A stretch of DNA of 64,000 nucleotides, from positions 78,492,001 to 78,556,000 of the forward strand of contig OX597826.1 of assembly GCA_951406725.2 (NCBI GenBank), in the 5' to 3' direction. A program made the position numbers and the translations under genes. The notes beneath the pieces were generated by a model. The model was not told the origin of the DNA. It saw only the letters and a list, made by a program, of their open reading frames with translations, and made no database searches. This DNA comes from Octopus vulgaris. Its lineage: Eukaryota. Shown piece after piece: positions 14,600-29,176 of the stretch (its first letter is position 1; every line of letters begins with the position of its first letter).

Positions 14600-15307
14600 C
14601 AGAGAGCGAGGAAGGACTACGAACAACAGGAAAATATAGAAAAATACGAAGGAAACGCGTTAATTTTTGGTTGCAAGAAAGAAAGAAAAGAAAGAAAGAA
14701 AGAAAGAAAGAAAGAAGTGGGGGAGAAACAGGAAATGGGGGGGGAAAAGAGAAAAATAAACAGCACAAAAGGAATAATGATGGTAAGTTAAAATCAGAGA
14801 GAGAGAGAGGAGGGAGAGAGGGAGGGAGGGAGTAGAGAGAGGGGGAAATAGTAGAGAGAGAGGGAAAATAGAAAGAAAAGAGAAAGAACAGGTGAGACAT
14901 TCTAAGCGAGTTTGAGAGAGAAAGAGAAAGTAAGAGAGAATGAACGTGAGAGAGAATGTGTGTGTGTATGTGTTTGTGTGTGTGTGTGTGAGTGTGTGTG
15001 TGTTTGTGTGTGTGTGTGAGTGTGTGTGTGTGTGTGTTTGCAAATTATTGAAAGAATAAGAAAATGAAAAAATTAACAGTAAAAAATGTTTGGTTTTTTT
15101 AAAAATTGATTTTTGTTTTTTTTTGTGGCAGCAGACTGGAATAAGTTATCAATATTTATTGATATATAATACTGTCTCTATTTTATAAAATTAATTGGCG
15201 GAAACAAAAATAAAAAAAAAACTGTTGAAATACAGAAAGAATAAAATGGTATAAACTAAATAATGGTGTCTAAATAGCCAACAATAACAACAACAACAAT
15301 GTTATTA

Positions 15308-15865
15308 ATCCTTTCTTCTATAGGCACAAGGCCTGAAATTTGTGGGTGGGTGATGGGGCCTATGTCGATTATATTGACCCCAATGCATAACTGGTATTAA
15401 TTGAATCGATACCGAAAGGCAAAGTCAACAACAACAACAACAATAATAATTATAATAATAATAATAAATAAATAAATGATAATAATAGTTTCAAATTTTG
15501 GCACAAGGCCAGGGATTTGGGGGAGGGGGTGCTAGTCGATTACATTGACCACAGTGCGATTTTAGTATTAATTTAATCGATACCAAAAGACAAAGTCAAC
15601 AGCAAAAACAACAACAATAACGACAGCAACAACATCAATAGTAATAATCTTTTCTACTGTAGGCAGGAGGCCTGAAATTTGTGGCGGAGCGGACTGGTCG
15701 AGTAAATCGACTCAAGTTTATCACTGGTACTTTACTTTATCTACCCTGAAAGGATAAAAGGCAAAGTCGACCCGGGCGGAATTTGAACTCAGAACCGCAG
15801 GACGGACAAAGTTCCGCTAAGCATTTCGTCCGTCGTGCTAACGATTCTGCCAAGCTCGACGCCTT
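15308..15865 (-). mobile_element. Three tandem Deu/Nin-core SINE copies (two partial) separated by (CAA)/(TAA)
   Basis: Repeated ggcacaaggcc...gtcgatta..gacc...aaaggcaaagtc blocks. Confidence 0.75.
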
Positions 15866-15867
15866 AC

Positions 15868-15953
<86 letters not shown>

Positions 15954-15956
15954 TAT

Positions 15957-16054
15957 GCGTGGCATCTTGGGCAAGTGTCTTCTGCTATAGCCCCGGGCCG
16001 ACCAATGCCTTGTGAGTGGATTTCGTAGATGGAAACTGAAAGAAGCCTGTCGTA

Positions 16055-16107
<53 letters not shown>

Positions 16108-16322
16108 ATGTGTTTGTGTGTCTGTGTTTGTCCCCCTAGCATTGCTTGACAACCGATGCTGGTGTGTTTACGTCCCCGTCACTTAGCGGTTCGGCAAAAG
16201 AGACCGATAGAATAAGTACTGGGCTTACAAAGAATAAGTCCCGGGGTCGATTTGCTCGACTAAAAGGCGGTGCTCCAGCATGGCCGCAGTCAAATGACTG
16301 AAACAAGTAAAAGAGTAAAGAG
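15957..16322 (+). mobile_element. CORE-type SINE, 5'-truncated, within (TAA)n
   Basis: tcttgggcaagtgtcttctgctatag ... ggcggtgctccagcatggccgcagtcaaatgactgaaacaag. Confidence 0.85.
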
Positions 16323-19300
16323 AATAATAATGATAATAATAATAATAAACGACGATGATGATGAGGACGACGACGACGATGACGATGGTGACGATGATGA
16401 TTTCTTTATTTGCCACAAGAGTTCTTACATAATTATTAATGAAACGATGTACATGCAGGTTAATAAAGCGCGTGAGGATATTGACAAGACAATTGCATCA
16501 GTGTTTCCGAAAAAAACGTAATGACGTTATATTAAATATTCATTATGAATAACAAGTATGAAATAAATAGAAAAATTGCGTAAAAGCACAATATTTAAAA
16601 CAAAATATATTTCTAATGAATAATAACGTTAAACAGTAAATTAATTAACTTATTCCCAAACGAGTGAGAAGACATTTTAGATCAGAACTTTTTACGATTC
16701 TGACCATTTTCTGCTTCCGATTCTGACCATTTTCTGTTCCCGATTCTTCTCATTTAGCACACTCTCCGTTTGCACCACCTGAAAGTATTTCAGTAAATCC
16801 ATTCTGAAACTCATTTATACTTAGGATACCCAAGTATTCAGCGCTGTTTTTAAGATAGGATGGACTCTGTCTCCGACATTGTGCACGCCTTTAGCTTGGG
16901 TACATTTTTACTCGTTTTTGCGCCTTTTTTTATTTGAATCAGTTTCCTACTCCTCTTCATCCTCTATCCCCTCCTCATCTACTAGAAAGGGTCTCTTTAT
17001 TTACAGGTCGATGGTCCTTTGGCCGTGAGTTGAGCTGTTGATGGCTGTGCTGATATCGCCTGCCCTCCCTCTCTCCCCTTCTCCCTCTGCCTTTCTCTCC
17101 CTCCCCTCTCCTTCTCTCTCCTTCTCTCTTTTACTCTCCCTCTTCCTCTCTTTCTCTCTCTCTTCTATTCCTCCTCCTTCTCTCCCTTCTCCTCTTTTAC
17201 CTTCTAAGCTTTTCGGAACACACCAATGGGACGCATCCCGTCTACAAGAAACTAAAGACCAAAGAGTCGAATCTGGCCAGATGAAGGCTAGGACATGACT
17301 CGATGGTTATGTGGTAAACTATAACGGCGGCGATGTCAAAACTCAATCGATAATTCATGAACAGTTCCTTACCAAACCGAAATCTAGTTGAGAACTAACC
17401 ACCATCCGTTTAGCTTCGTTACCGTTCCTAAACACGTGGATATTCGAGTCTCATCGAATTACAAGCATCTTAACGCGATCTGTCGATTCAGCATCTTGTG
17501 ACGCCTGCCGATAACCAAGACTTAACTCTCTACGTGTCGAATTGCATTCCGATCGATTTGTTCGCCAATTTTTATCTCACCCAGCAGCCCATGCATTCCT
17601 TTAGACATGTGGCAACTTCTAATTCTATGATTCTCAAAGCCTCTAACTTGGGCCGCGTATGTCGACACGCCTTTGCCGCCCGTTTCGAATAGCTTATCAC
17701 ATCAGTTTCCGTAACAATGGATCGCAAACTAGATAAACCGTCTTCCTTCGATGACAACAACAAGCGTGTGACGTTTAACAGTTCTATCAACTTAGAAATA
17801 CCTTCAAGTTTTTCTTTTTCTTTTGGATCAAAAGCTCAACACTTCTTTCCAACCAGACCTCCTGATGTAGCTTGCTTAGATGCTGTTTTCCTTATCCACC
17901 AAACTGCTGCGAGTGACGAGAATTCGCCTGCAACCTTCCGACACTTTCCTACTCAGGTGTATCTCAGCTTTTCTATACACCAATATATATATGTGTGGCG
18001 GTGCATAATTATATTTTTCTCCGTTTTATATCCAGAAGGACAGTCAAAATGAGATTTCTGCCGTTCTCTCAACCTTTGACTGCTCTCGCTTGTCTTCTCT
18101 CTTGTTCAAATTTCCAGGTGACCCTTGCCACGTTTGCAATAGAGGCAATCTTATTTACGTTATTATTGCTGATGCCGCTGCGGCTGTTGTAGATAATATT
18201 GCCAACTGCTGCAGTTGAGGGAACGGTGGTGGTGGTGGTTTTGGTTTTGGTGGTGGTGGCGGTGATGGTAGAGGAGAGAAGGAGGAGGAGGAGAGAAGGG
18301 GAGGAGGGTGGTTATGGTGGCGGTGGTAGTGGAGGAGAAGCAGGGGTGGTTATGGTGATGGTGATGCTGGTGGTGGTGGTAGTAGTGCTGCTAGTGATTG
18401 TGGTTGTTGTGGTGGTGGTGGTGGCAGTGGCGGTGGCGGCGGTGGCGGTGGTGGGTGGTAGTGGTGGTAGTTTTGGTGGTAGTGCTGGTTGTTGTTGTTG
18501 TTGTTGTTGTGGTGGTGGTGGTGGTGCTGGTGCTGGTGCTGGTGGTTGTGATGGTGGAGGTGGTGGCGGCGGTGATCCCGGGTGCATGTTTGATTGGTTT
18601 GTTGTTAGGCTGCTGGCTCTGTTGTTATTGATTGCTTACAATGGCTGCTCCATGTTGTTGTTGTTGTTGTTGTTGTCGCTGCTCATGGCGAACATTCCAT
18701 CGTTGATGTTGTTCTTATCATCCATGTCGCTGTTCAAGTCACCGTCGTTGTTGTTGCTCATCTTATTACCTGCCTTAGCTGCTGCTGCCGCTGCTGCTGC
18801 TGCACGTTCTGCTGCTGTTGTTGCATTCTTTGTTGTTGTAGATGTCACTGAAGCTTCTTTTAATGATAAGGTGACTCTCAAAGACCCAGTGAAACGCGAG
18901 CAAACAACGCAATTACACGCAATTCCTCAAATTCTCAAAAATCATCAACACACGTACAGAAATATATGCAGAAAAAATCGTCTACAAACAAATAAACAGC
19001 GAATTAACGTGAAACTCTACGGACTATTTTGTGACGCGAGCAGCTAACTTACATTAATATAGTGCTTTGTTAAATATCTACACTGGACTATTTTCACGCG
19101 CAATGTTTTTTTTTTCGTTGTTTTGCTTTGTTTGCTTTTTGAGGGGAGGGGGGACGGTGTAAGTATTGTTTACGATGAAATTTTTTTTTAATTGTTTTCG
19201 AAACATGATTTACGATATTTGTAACCCATTCAACGTATTTTTCGATTATTGCTGATAGAATTAATCAATTTTAAATATTACATTATCTCACCACACTTCT

Positions 19301-19543
19301 AACACAAAATACCCTCTATGACAAACAACCTTTCTCTTTATCTCACCTTTCCCATATGTATATACATATATATAGATATATATATATATATATGTATATT
19401 TATATATATATATATATTCTTATATATATATATATTCTTATATATATATATAAATATATATATATATTTATATATATATATATACATACATATATATATA
19501 CATATATACATACATACATATATATATATACATACACACACAC

Positions 19544-19601
<58 letters not shown>

Positions 19602-20118
19602 ATAGACACACACACACACACACAAACGTACGTATGTCTGTGTGCGTGTAAGCGTATTTATGATAAAATATATATATATTTATTTATGGATAGATGTATA
19701 ATATATATATATGTCTTTATATATATTTTTTAGAAGTTTCAGCCCAAAGTATGCGGCCATGCTGGGGCACCGTCAGCATTATCCCCTTTACAACGACCAT
19801 TCTCTCGTGATTGGTTTTTGGTGAAGTGGGGAGTTCGATATTGCTGTCTTCTTTTGAATTTCTTGCTGTGATGTAGGCTTTGGGAATTTGGAGAGCAGAT
19901 CATGTTCTGCTTGAAGACATCTCCCCACCACCACCGCGATTTTTTGTGGGGAAAATATGAAATAGCTGGATCTTTGAAGCCCAACCTATCGCAGTGCCTA
20001 GTCCTCATTCAAAACCGTATGGGTCTTACATTAGAAACTGTGCAGTGACGTTTTGTCTAGCTGCAAAGTGCGTACTTCCGTGTCTTTATGCAGCTGTCTG
20101 CGTGTGTCTCTGCGCGTT

Positions 20119-20184
<66 letters not shown>

Positions 20185-20949
20185 TGCGGCACTTGTGCGT
20201 GTGTGTGTATTTGCAAGTGCATGAATGTGTCTGTGTTTGTACAGCCATATTTATGACACCATAGTAATGCGATCGACTACCCATTAGCCAATCAGTGGCC
20301 AGCCTTCATTATTTAGTAAAATATGCTCACGGATGTGTTATTTTTAATCCTCCTGTCCGACATCTTCCTTCTTCAAATGTTCCACCGAGTTATCACCAAA
20401 TTGAATGTCTTTCAATTCCGTAATAAATCCAATTGCTTTCTGCTTACAGGCTGTGAGACCTGAGTCTATGCAAAAGACTCCACCTCCTTGTTGCGCAACC
20501 TGCTACAATAAACAATCAAATAGTCTCCTACACATTTCACTCAACTTGACTCAACGCACACACACACACTGACATGCACACACGCATATATGTATATGTA
20601 TATTAGTATGTATATTATATCTATATGTATGCATATGCATATATATGTATATAAATGTGTGTATATATATATAAAAGGATAAGATCGTTGATTTAAAAAT
20701 AAAATAACATGCGCATGTATGCATGTGCGTGTGAGTGTGTGTGCGTGTTTGTGTGCATGTGTATGTGTGTGCGTGTGTGCGTATGTGTGCGAATGTTTGC
20801 GTGTGCGCGTGTGTGTCTGTGTCTATATGTGTAAGCGTATGTGTATTTGTGTGTGCGTGTATGCATATATTGTGTGTGCATGTATATGTATGGGTGAGTA
20901 TGTAAATTTCTGTATGCGTGTGTGCGCGGGTTGTGTGTGGGGGTTTGAA

Positions 20950-20988
<39 letters not shown>

Positions 20989-20989
<1 letters not shown>

Positions 20990-21136
20990 GACATGCTTCT
21001 TTCAGGTTCCATTCAGCAAAACCACTTACATGGATTTGGTCGGGCCGAGGTTATAGTAGAAGACACGTGCCCAAGGTGCGACCTAGTGGGACTGAACCCG
21101 GAACTATGTGGTTGGAAAGCAAGCTTCTTATCACCA
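20989..21136 (-). mobile_element. CORE-type SINE, 5' half
   Basis: Matches the family head and core on the minus strand. Confidence 0.75.
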
Positions 21137-21277
21137 AGTATGATACATATTTGATATGATTAAGAATGGAACTTATTGCATGATAATACATACATATGTA
21201 TATATATAAATGTGTGTATGTATGTACACATACATACATATATATATATATTTATATGTATGTATATATATATATAT

Positions 21278-21420
21278 AAATTGCCAGAATGAGATAAAAA
21301 AAAAGAACCAAAGCAGTAAATAGTTTTCATACCATTTATCAAAAAGACTTTTTCTTGATAAATGTTATGAAACCCATTTACTGCCTTGGTTCTTTTTTTT
21401 TTATCGCATTCTGGCAATTT
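21278..21420. repeat. ~143-bp imperfect palindrome (foldback) next to (TA)n
   Basis: aattgccagaatgagataaaaaaaagaaccaaagcagtaaat... pairs with ...atttactgccttggttcttttttttttatcgcattctggcaatt. Confidence 0.9.
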
Positions 21421-21512
21421 TAATATATATGCATGCTAACACATGAACCACATTGGACTCCTCGCTCGTATCACCATCGACCCAGGAGCTTAGCCATGAT
21501 CTAGCCATAGCA

Positions 21513-21564
21513 CTTACCCGATTGCGTTTACCCGATTTCGTTTACCCGATTGCGTTTACCCGAT
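21513..21564. repeat. Tandem repeat, 14-bp unit TTTACCCGATTGCG, ~4 copies
   Basis: Directly visible. Confidence 0.8.
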
Positions 21565-21604
21565 ACCTTTTGGCTCTTCCTGACACCAATACCTTTCATA
21601 CCCC

Positions 21605-21733
<129 letters not shown>

Positions 21734-21765
21734 TAGATATATATATATATATGTATGTATGTATG

Positions 21766-21806
<41 letters not shown>

Positions 21807-21929
21807 ATATATATATATTTAAAATTTAAATAATTTTTTAATTTTTAACTTCTATATTTTTAAATTAACTTTATGTATTGGCTTATGTTTTTCACTGTTT
21901 GATTTGCCTAATAATGGTTTTATCTCTAA

Positions 21930-21984
<55 letters not shown>

Positions 21985-22141
21985 GGTTTGGAGATGACGT
22001 ACATGTATTTTATATTAGAAGAAATGAGGTACTCAGAAATCTGGATGGTTTTATATTTACAGATATTTATTATTATTTCTTATATTTAGTTCTTTATGTT
22101 ATACTTTTATTTACTCCATGTACCCAGACTTTGTTGACACC

Positions 22142-22187
<46 letters not shown>

Positions 22188-22850
22188 TATTTGGGGGTTA
22201 ACAAGCAACCGTATACGTATATTATGATGTGTTAAAACGAGAGACAAAAATCTCTTTGGGGACGCTTAGTCTTGAAGCAGTTATGGCATAAAGAGGAACG
22301 AGTAAAATTTGTGTTTAAAATCCGCTTTCTATTGAAAGCGGTCGAAGGCACGAACCAGATTATACGTAGAGATATGACAGGTGGTCTACCATTGGACCAA
22401 AGTAAGCCATCGGAGATTTCTAGGCATTTTAGAAAGTTTATTCCTCCCAGCGAGTATTGTGAATTGTTGACATTTGAAGAATTTATAAACCTCAGCACGT
22501 ATGACATAATTCTTTTTTTGGAACGTTGGATCATGGAGCAGATTAGCTATAAATAATAACGTTCCACAAAAAGAATTATTTCATGTGCTCCTGACGTTTA
22601 TAAAATCTTATGACGGTTACTACGCGCGCACACACACACGCACACACACACGCACACACACACAGGTACACTCACACAAACATAAATTATTTCAACCATA
22701 ATTTATTATTCCAACAAAATATCTTTTGTCAGACTAGTGATAAGGTATTGCATATTTTGTTCACTCTCAAACTTCTCTTTATCCTAAGTGACTGAACATA
22801 ACTTCTTTTGAATTTGTCAAATCCTTCTCTCTCTCTCTCTCTCTCTCTCT

Positions 22851-22911
<61 letters not shown>

Positions 22912-23292
22912 AAATGCGATTTTGAAATTCTTATTACATGACATGCTTGCCGCATAGAGTTTCTTGGAACTTATTGACAGGTTTCTTTCTACTACCCTTC
23001 ATTACCTTGTGGAACTCGTCGGTGTAGGAAGTCTTCAGGACTCGAATTTCAATGACGATTAGTCGCGGAGGTGAATTTGTCTGAAATTCCCTCTTAAACG
23101 GTCATTGCACTTTGACTACCTTTTCAAACTCCCAGTAGCTTTTTACGATAAATTTCTTTTTTTTTTTTTTTTTTTTCGAAGGTAGGTCTGACTCCCTTAC
23201 TTATTTCTAAGGGGTTAAATCCGAAATGAGAATTAAGTGAATTAGCAGTTTCTAAAATGTCGATACATTTTTGAGACACTTTATACACATAT

Positions 23293-23345
<53 letters not shown>

Positions 23346-24441
23346 CATGTGTAAATGCATATATAAGTGCATATAAGTTTTATACTTACCTAGCTATGCA
23401 TATACATTTGCAATATGAAAATGTTACATCTACAGCCAGAATTAATAGAAATGGAGTAACTCCCACCTGGCAAAACAAAAACCAAATTCGTCATTCGTGG
23501 AACTTGACATACACTCATACATTTAATTTACGACTTTATCGAATTAATTCTTCTTAACCAATCAGTGATTAGCGTGATGCTATATTGACTGGCACGCCTA
23601 ATTTCTGAGTACATCAGTTGCTGACAGAGCAAACATTGTATGGAAGTAGATTTTATGTCGTCAATTTCTAACAACCAACGACAGTTTGGCATTTGCTATA
23701 TTAGCAAGCATGACTATTCGCTTAAAATGAATCACTTTACCAGTAGCAATGCGCGTGGCCATTTCCAAAATTCCTATATAAGCATGAAAAACATGCAGCG
23801 GTAATATCCACTACTACAGTGCAATTGTAATAACTTTATTCTTTGCTCTATTAATGGTAAGTATCTCGCCAGAATATTTGCATAAAATGTGAATGTTTTC
23901 AAGGAGGTGACGAAGACAAATAGGGAGTCACTGTGTCACGCAGCCAGTTATCTCAGCCATATCTCCTTGAAACCATGCCATACTCTTTTGAAAAGGTGTT
24001 ATATGGGATAACATAAATCATCGATGCCCTTAAAAGATATCTAAAGCTCACGTTATCTCACGTCTCTCATCACAGATTTGCTTGGTATTTTGTGATTTTG
24101 ACTAAACAACAGCAACAACAATTGCATGCCATTCGTCAACCGAAGCAAATCTTGACAGAATAAAATGGAATTAATTTCAATCTGTCGTCACATCCTCAGA
24201 TTCTTGCTCATGAACTTTTAGACAGAGCCTCCTTATGCATGACGGAAACATTGGAAGCCAGAAACCATGCGAAGACTATCGGATGATGCCAGTTAGTGTT
24301 AAAGCCTTTCAACCATTAACTGTTATTACTTTGAACGCACTGAGGAGTGTAACCGGCTACAACAGGGTTGGCTGCACGAAACTTTCACGTATCGAGATAT
24401 AATCCTGCTTAACATACAGGGGGGAGGAAAGTGAGAGAAAT

Positions 24442-24502
<61 letters not shown>

Positions 24503-24534
24503 TACATATATATATGTATATTTACATCCGTGTT

Positions 24535-24587
<53 letters not shown>

Positions 24588-24937
24588 TCATAATACATAC
24601 ATACGCGTATCTGGGTGTTTGTTATTTATCCTTTATCTATGGAGCTCGAGTTTATTTCCCCATCTTTCTCTCTCCCTCCATCTCTCTCTCTCTCTCTTTT
24701 CCCACACACGCACTCGCACGCACACTCGTCCATACATATAAACGCACATGTATTTGTTTGTGTGCGTATTTATTTAATTCTCTCGCCATATACAAATACA
24801 TATATATTTATATATATATACATGTGGATATATATATATATATACATATATACATGTATATACATAAATATATACATGTATATATGTATATATACATATA
24901 TGTGTGTGTGTGTGTGTGTGTCTTTGTATGCAAGAAT

Positions 24938-24988
<51 letters not shown>

Positions 24989-25470
24989 TGTATGTATATG
25001 ATTCGTAATTTTATCAGTTATTTTATCGACAGTCCCGCTCTCCCTCACTCCATCTCCCCCTCTCTCTGTCTCTCTTTCCCTTACACTCTCTCCCTTTCTT
25101 GCCCAACTATTATTATTTCATCCCTCCTCCCTCCCACCCATCCATACACCTAGCCATCCATCTATCCATCTTTCTCTCTACAACAGACAAACATCAAATA
25201 TATTTTACTCACCTCATTGCTTCCTATTTCTCGCTTGGCTCACGTTTCTAACTTTTTACCTCCCGAACGCGTTGCTCCACACCTCTCCCTATCCCCACCT
25301 CTCTCCCTCCTCACTCTCCTCCTCTTTTTAATTCTCTCTCTCTAATTTATATTTTCTTTCTCTTTTCTCCCTCCATCTCTTTATCTACTCTTATTTCTAT
25401 CCTTCTCTTTATTGCTCTTTCGCTTTATTTCATTCACTACCTCTCTACTCTTGTATCTCTGTACCACTTC

Positions 25471-25513
<43 letters not shown>

Positions 25514-25933
25514 TTCACTCACTCTCTCTCTCTCTACTTACCTTCCTGCCTATTTACCTCGTCTACAAGTACATCATGTGATCAATAACTATTCTGTGTT
25601 CCAAAAATCCTTTCACCAGACAAACTGCTGCAATGTCAACGAAACTGGGTAGCCATTTTGTTCAGCCTTTAGTTTTGGAGGTGTGCAGCGCTTTCCGGAA
25701 TTGTTTCCTAGAAATGTAGTCTTGTATTTATTTATTTATTTATTTATTTATAGTTTCGACAAAACGTAGTCAAGGAAACAGCATGAAACAAACATGAGAC
25801 GTCCTTCCTTCCAACACCTCCTCCACCTCCAAACACACACACACACACACATTCCACCAGTTCCGTGAACACCATTCATACAAGAAACAGTGAAAAGAAC
25901 AATAACACCATTTAACTACTACTACTACTACTT

Positions 25934-25972
<39 letters not shown>

Positions 25973-26795
25973 TCACCACCACCACCACTGCTGCTGCTAC
26001 TACTACTACTACTACTACCAAACTTACTGTTACTACTACTTCCATAACTACCTCTACTACCACTATTACCACCACCTATGCTACTACTACTACTACTGTT
26101 AATACAACTATAGTTACTACGGCTACAACCATCACCACCTCTACAACTACCACTAATACTACTGTTACAGCTATTGTTAATATTACACCTGCTGCTACCG
26201 TTATTCTCTCTCTCCCTCCACCTCTCCACCGCTCTCTCTCTCCTTCTCTCTCTCTCTCTCTTTCTGTTTCCCTTCCCCCACGTTCTCTCTCTCTCCCTCC
26301 TACTACTTTTTTTCAAACAAATATATTTCATTCTTCGTCCCTGCTTAACATTTAAAAAAAAGAGACAATGACAAATTTTGTTATTTTAGTTTATTTTGTT
26401 ATTTTAGTTTAGTCTTCCGACCTAAGCTACAGACATTCTAAATTGCTGTGTAATCAGGTGGTTTTGCTTCAACTGTGTTCCGCTAAAGAGGTCTAATAAA
26501 ACCGAAACATTATTGGAGTTATCCTCATATTCAGTTCTCATCTGTATTAATTTATGTAAATTATTGGTCAACTGATATATCAGCACCTCGCTCTCCTTCT
26601 CTCTTTCTCTCCTCCTCTCTCTTTCACTCTCTCTCTCTCTCTAACTCTCTTTCTCTCTCTGCTTCTCTCTCTCCCCAATTGATTGTGTGACCATAATTTT
26701 ATTTATGAATTATCGCCACATTAGTGCCATGATTGCGGTACATTAAATATTATTTTCAGCCCACCACTTGAAATGTGTCAGCCTGCTTAGATTAG

Positions 26796-26831
<36 letters not shown>

Positions 26832-26914
26832 ACACACATACATACATATATATATATATTGTATTCTTATGCATATATGTGTAAACGTCTGTATATATAA
26901 ATAGATAGATAGAC

Positions 26915-27037
<123 letters not shown>

Positions 27038-27104
27038 GTTATGTGTGTGTGTGTAAAGTACATATATATATATATGTATGTACATATGGATTCATGTATT
27101 TATG

Positions 27105-27136
<32 letters not shown>

Positions 27137-27241
27137 GACCGGAGTAAACACATAAATGTGAAACAAGGTGGAAAAAGAGTACTCAAATACCAGTGGTAGA
27201 GTAATATGCTTTATTTTAAGCAGCAGAAAATTCAACAAAAT

Positions 27242-27279
27242 CTGTTACTCTGAGTTTCTCGTTGCCGTTCATCAGACAG
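27242..27279 (-). ncRNA. Minimal type I hammerhead ribozyme in the Penelope pLTR
   Basis: Minus strand reads ctgt CTGATGA acg gcaa cga GAAAC tcaga GTA acag. Stem I is ctgt/acag, stem II is GNRA-capped with a basal mismatch, and stem III is short. Confidence 0.75.
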
Positions 27280-28291
27280 TTTTTGCTAGAATGGAACATA
27301 TATATTAATTCAATCTATACTCTTACAAACGCTACACCTTTAAAAAGAAATGGACTTGTTTGATTGGCCCTTTAGAAAAAAACGGTCAATCTTCGAGCGA
27401 TAAACAAAAAGGTCAAAAATATATGTATATATATATAAAAACTTATAAAAATTATAAAATCCGAGGAAAATACCGAGGAAAAAACCTGTTGCCGTTAATG
27501 AAGACAGTACAAATCAATGCATAGAAATTAAACCTGTTATAAATACTGCAATACATATTTATATTAAAATCCACATATATATATCAACATACACAAAAGG
27601 ATGCGCGTAAACGCCATACATACATATACAGACGTATGAATATGAATCTAAATTATACACATAAAAGCATGTGTACATATATTCACGCAAACCGTCTCGC
27701 ACGCAAGCTAAAATTCATCTATGCAGCAATTCTCATATACTGAGCAAGGAGGGGGAACGAAAGAAAGGGAAAGAGAGAAAAAGGAACGGAGGAGGGGTGG
27801 GGAAAAAACTTGTAGCGGTGTTATTTGGCATCTATAGATGCCTGTATACATACACAAGTTTGAATTGATACATATACATACCGTCGTGTATATGTGTGCT
27901 TAAGCACAAGCATACTTTCACTCACACATACACAGATACGCATGCTTACAAATACATATGCTTTGCTATACACAAACTTATATAAACATTCTAAATTTGA
28001 CAACATTACTTTTTTTATAAAAAAACATTGCTTTTTAAAAAATGGGTGCATTAATAAAAATATATACGAAAGACCTATAAAATAAAATATAACATCCTAT
28101 TTTGGGTCATTTATAAATAATCAAGGTAATATAAATAATCAAGGTAATCTTATGCAATACAATAACATGAAAACAAAGTTTGTAGGTTTTTCCTAATATA
28201 TATGTAGAAACAATAAGACTTTGCTATAGGTCCGTTGTAGCGCTCAAGAGTCAAAATCAAAATCAAAAAATCAAAATACAAAATATATACT

Positions 28292-29176
28292 CTATCCATA
28301 TGGTATATTTATATTCGACATTTTAAATTTAGCCTTGTGCCTACATAAGTTCATTAATTCACTTCTTTGATTCAAAGAATTATTGTCTTTGAATAATATA
28401 TGCATTTTTTCTAATAAGCAAAGCCTGCACTTGAAATTATATTTGTAAGCTCCATGCCTGTATGGTGCCGCCCTGTCCAGAATGCTCCATGTCACGTTGA
28501 AAGGTGGGGCTTCCTTTTCTTTTAGTTCCCAGACATATTTTGCTAGGCTGGTTTTCTTTCTATTCTCTGGGTATTTAAAAGAATTCTTATGAGAATAAAA
28601 TCTTGTTTTAAATGAATTTTCTGAAGCCCCTGTGTATGTCTTGTATTCCGATGAGCCTTCCACTTGCACCTTGGCTCTATAAACTACTCCTTTCACTAGA
28701 CATTTCCCTTCTAACGGACAGGAGCTTTCGTTTTTGCAATTACATTTCTTAATGGGCTCGGCACCATGTCTAATCTCAATTAGCTTCCTATTATGTTGGC
28801 TAATGTAAGAGGCGAAATTTCTGCAACAAGAATAGCTAACCTTCAGGGTTCTTCTATTAAATATTCTGTAGAATTTATGACCCTGCCTAAAATGCTTAGA
28901 GACTAATCTCAAAAATTCCTTACCTATATTAGTCTTTACGGCCAAATTGAAAGCCGGGTTGAACCACAAAACTTTCCTAGTCCTAGTTCTTCGTGCAGCA
29001 TTATTATTAGCATTAAGCTGGTTGAACTGGATCTTCTCTGAGAATCCACTATTCTTTAATGCGCTATCGTAATAAGGTGCAGCATTATGGAATGCTGCCT
29101 CGTCCGAAGAAATTGAAGATATTCTTCTACCTACATTGCTGACTAAGTTGCTAAGGATAACTGGTGGATGGTTCGA
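28292..29176 (-). CDS. Penelope-like element ORF C-terminus (RT thumb + GIY-YIG endonuclease), 5'-truncated
   Basis: 295 uninterrupted codons with the SNHPP and WFNP motifs and a GIY-YIG-like GVVY...YTG...R signature. The CxC..CPL..C linker suggests a Nematis-type PLE (tentative). Confidence 0.8.
   Translation of the reverse strand, partial: SNHPPVILSNLVSNVGRRISSISSDEAAFHNAAPYYDSALKNSGFSEKIQFNQLNANNNAARRTRTRKVLWFNPAFNLAVKTNIGKEFLRLVSKHFRQGHKFYRIFNRRTLKVSYSCCRNFASYISQHNRKLIEIRHGAEPIKKCNCKNESSCPLEGKCLVKGVVYRAKVQVEGSSEYKTYTGASENSFKTRFYSHKNSFKYPENRKKTSLAKYVWELKEKEAPPFNVTWSILDRAAPYRHGAYKYNFKCRLCLLEKMHILFKDNNSLNQRSELMNLCRHKAKFKMSNINIPYG

Larger units (their letters stand above)
27137..29176 (-). 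mobile_element. 5'-truncated Penelope-like retroelement (RT thumb, Cys linker, GIY-YIG endonuclease, 3' pLTR with hammerhead) within (TA)n
   Basis: Open frame 29176..28292 reads SNHPPVILSNLVSNVGRRISSISSDEAAFHNAAPYYDSALKNSG...WFNPAFNLAVKTNIGKEFL...CNCKNESSCPLEGKC...GVVYRAKV...YTGASENSFKTRFYSH...LNQRSELMNLCRH. A hammerhead and AATAAA lie near the 3' end. (TA)n lies on both sides. Confidence 0.9.

Noticed and set aside
18199-19047. 282-aa plus-strand ORF and antisense Pro/Gln/Asn-rich ORFs
   Set aside because: Built from trinucleotide repeats with no domain. The minus-strand frames are all interrupted by stops.
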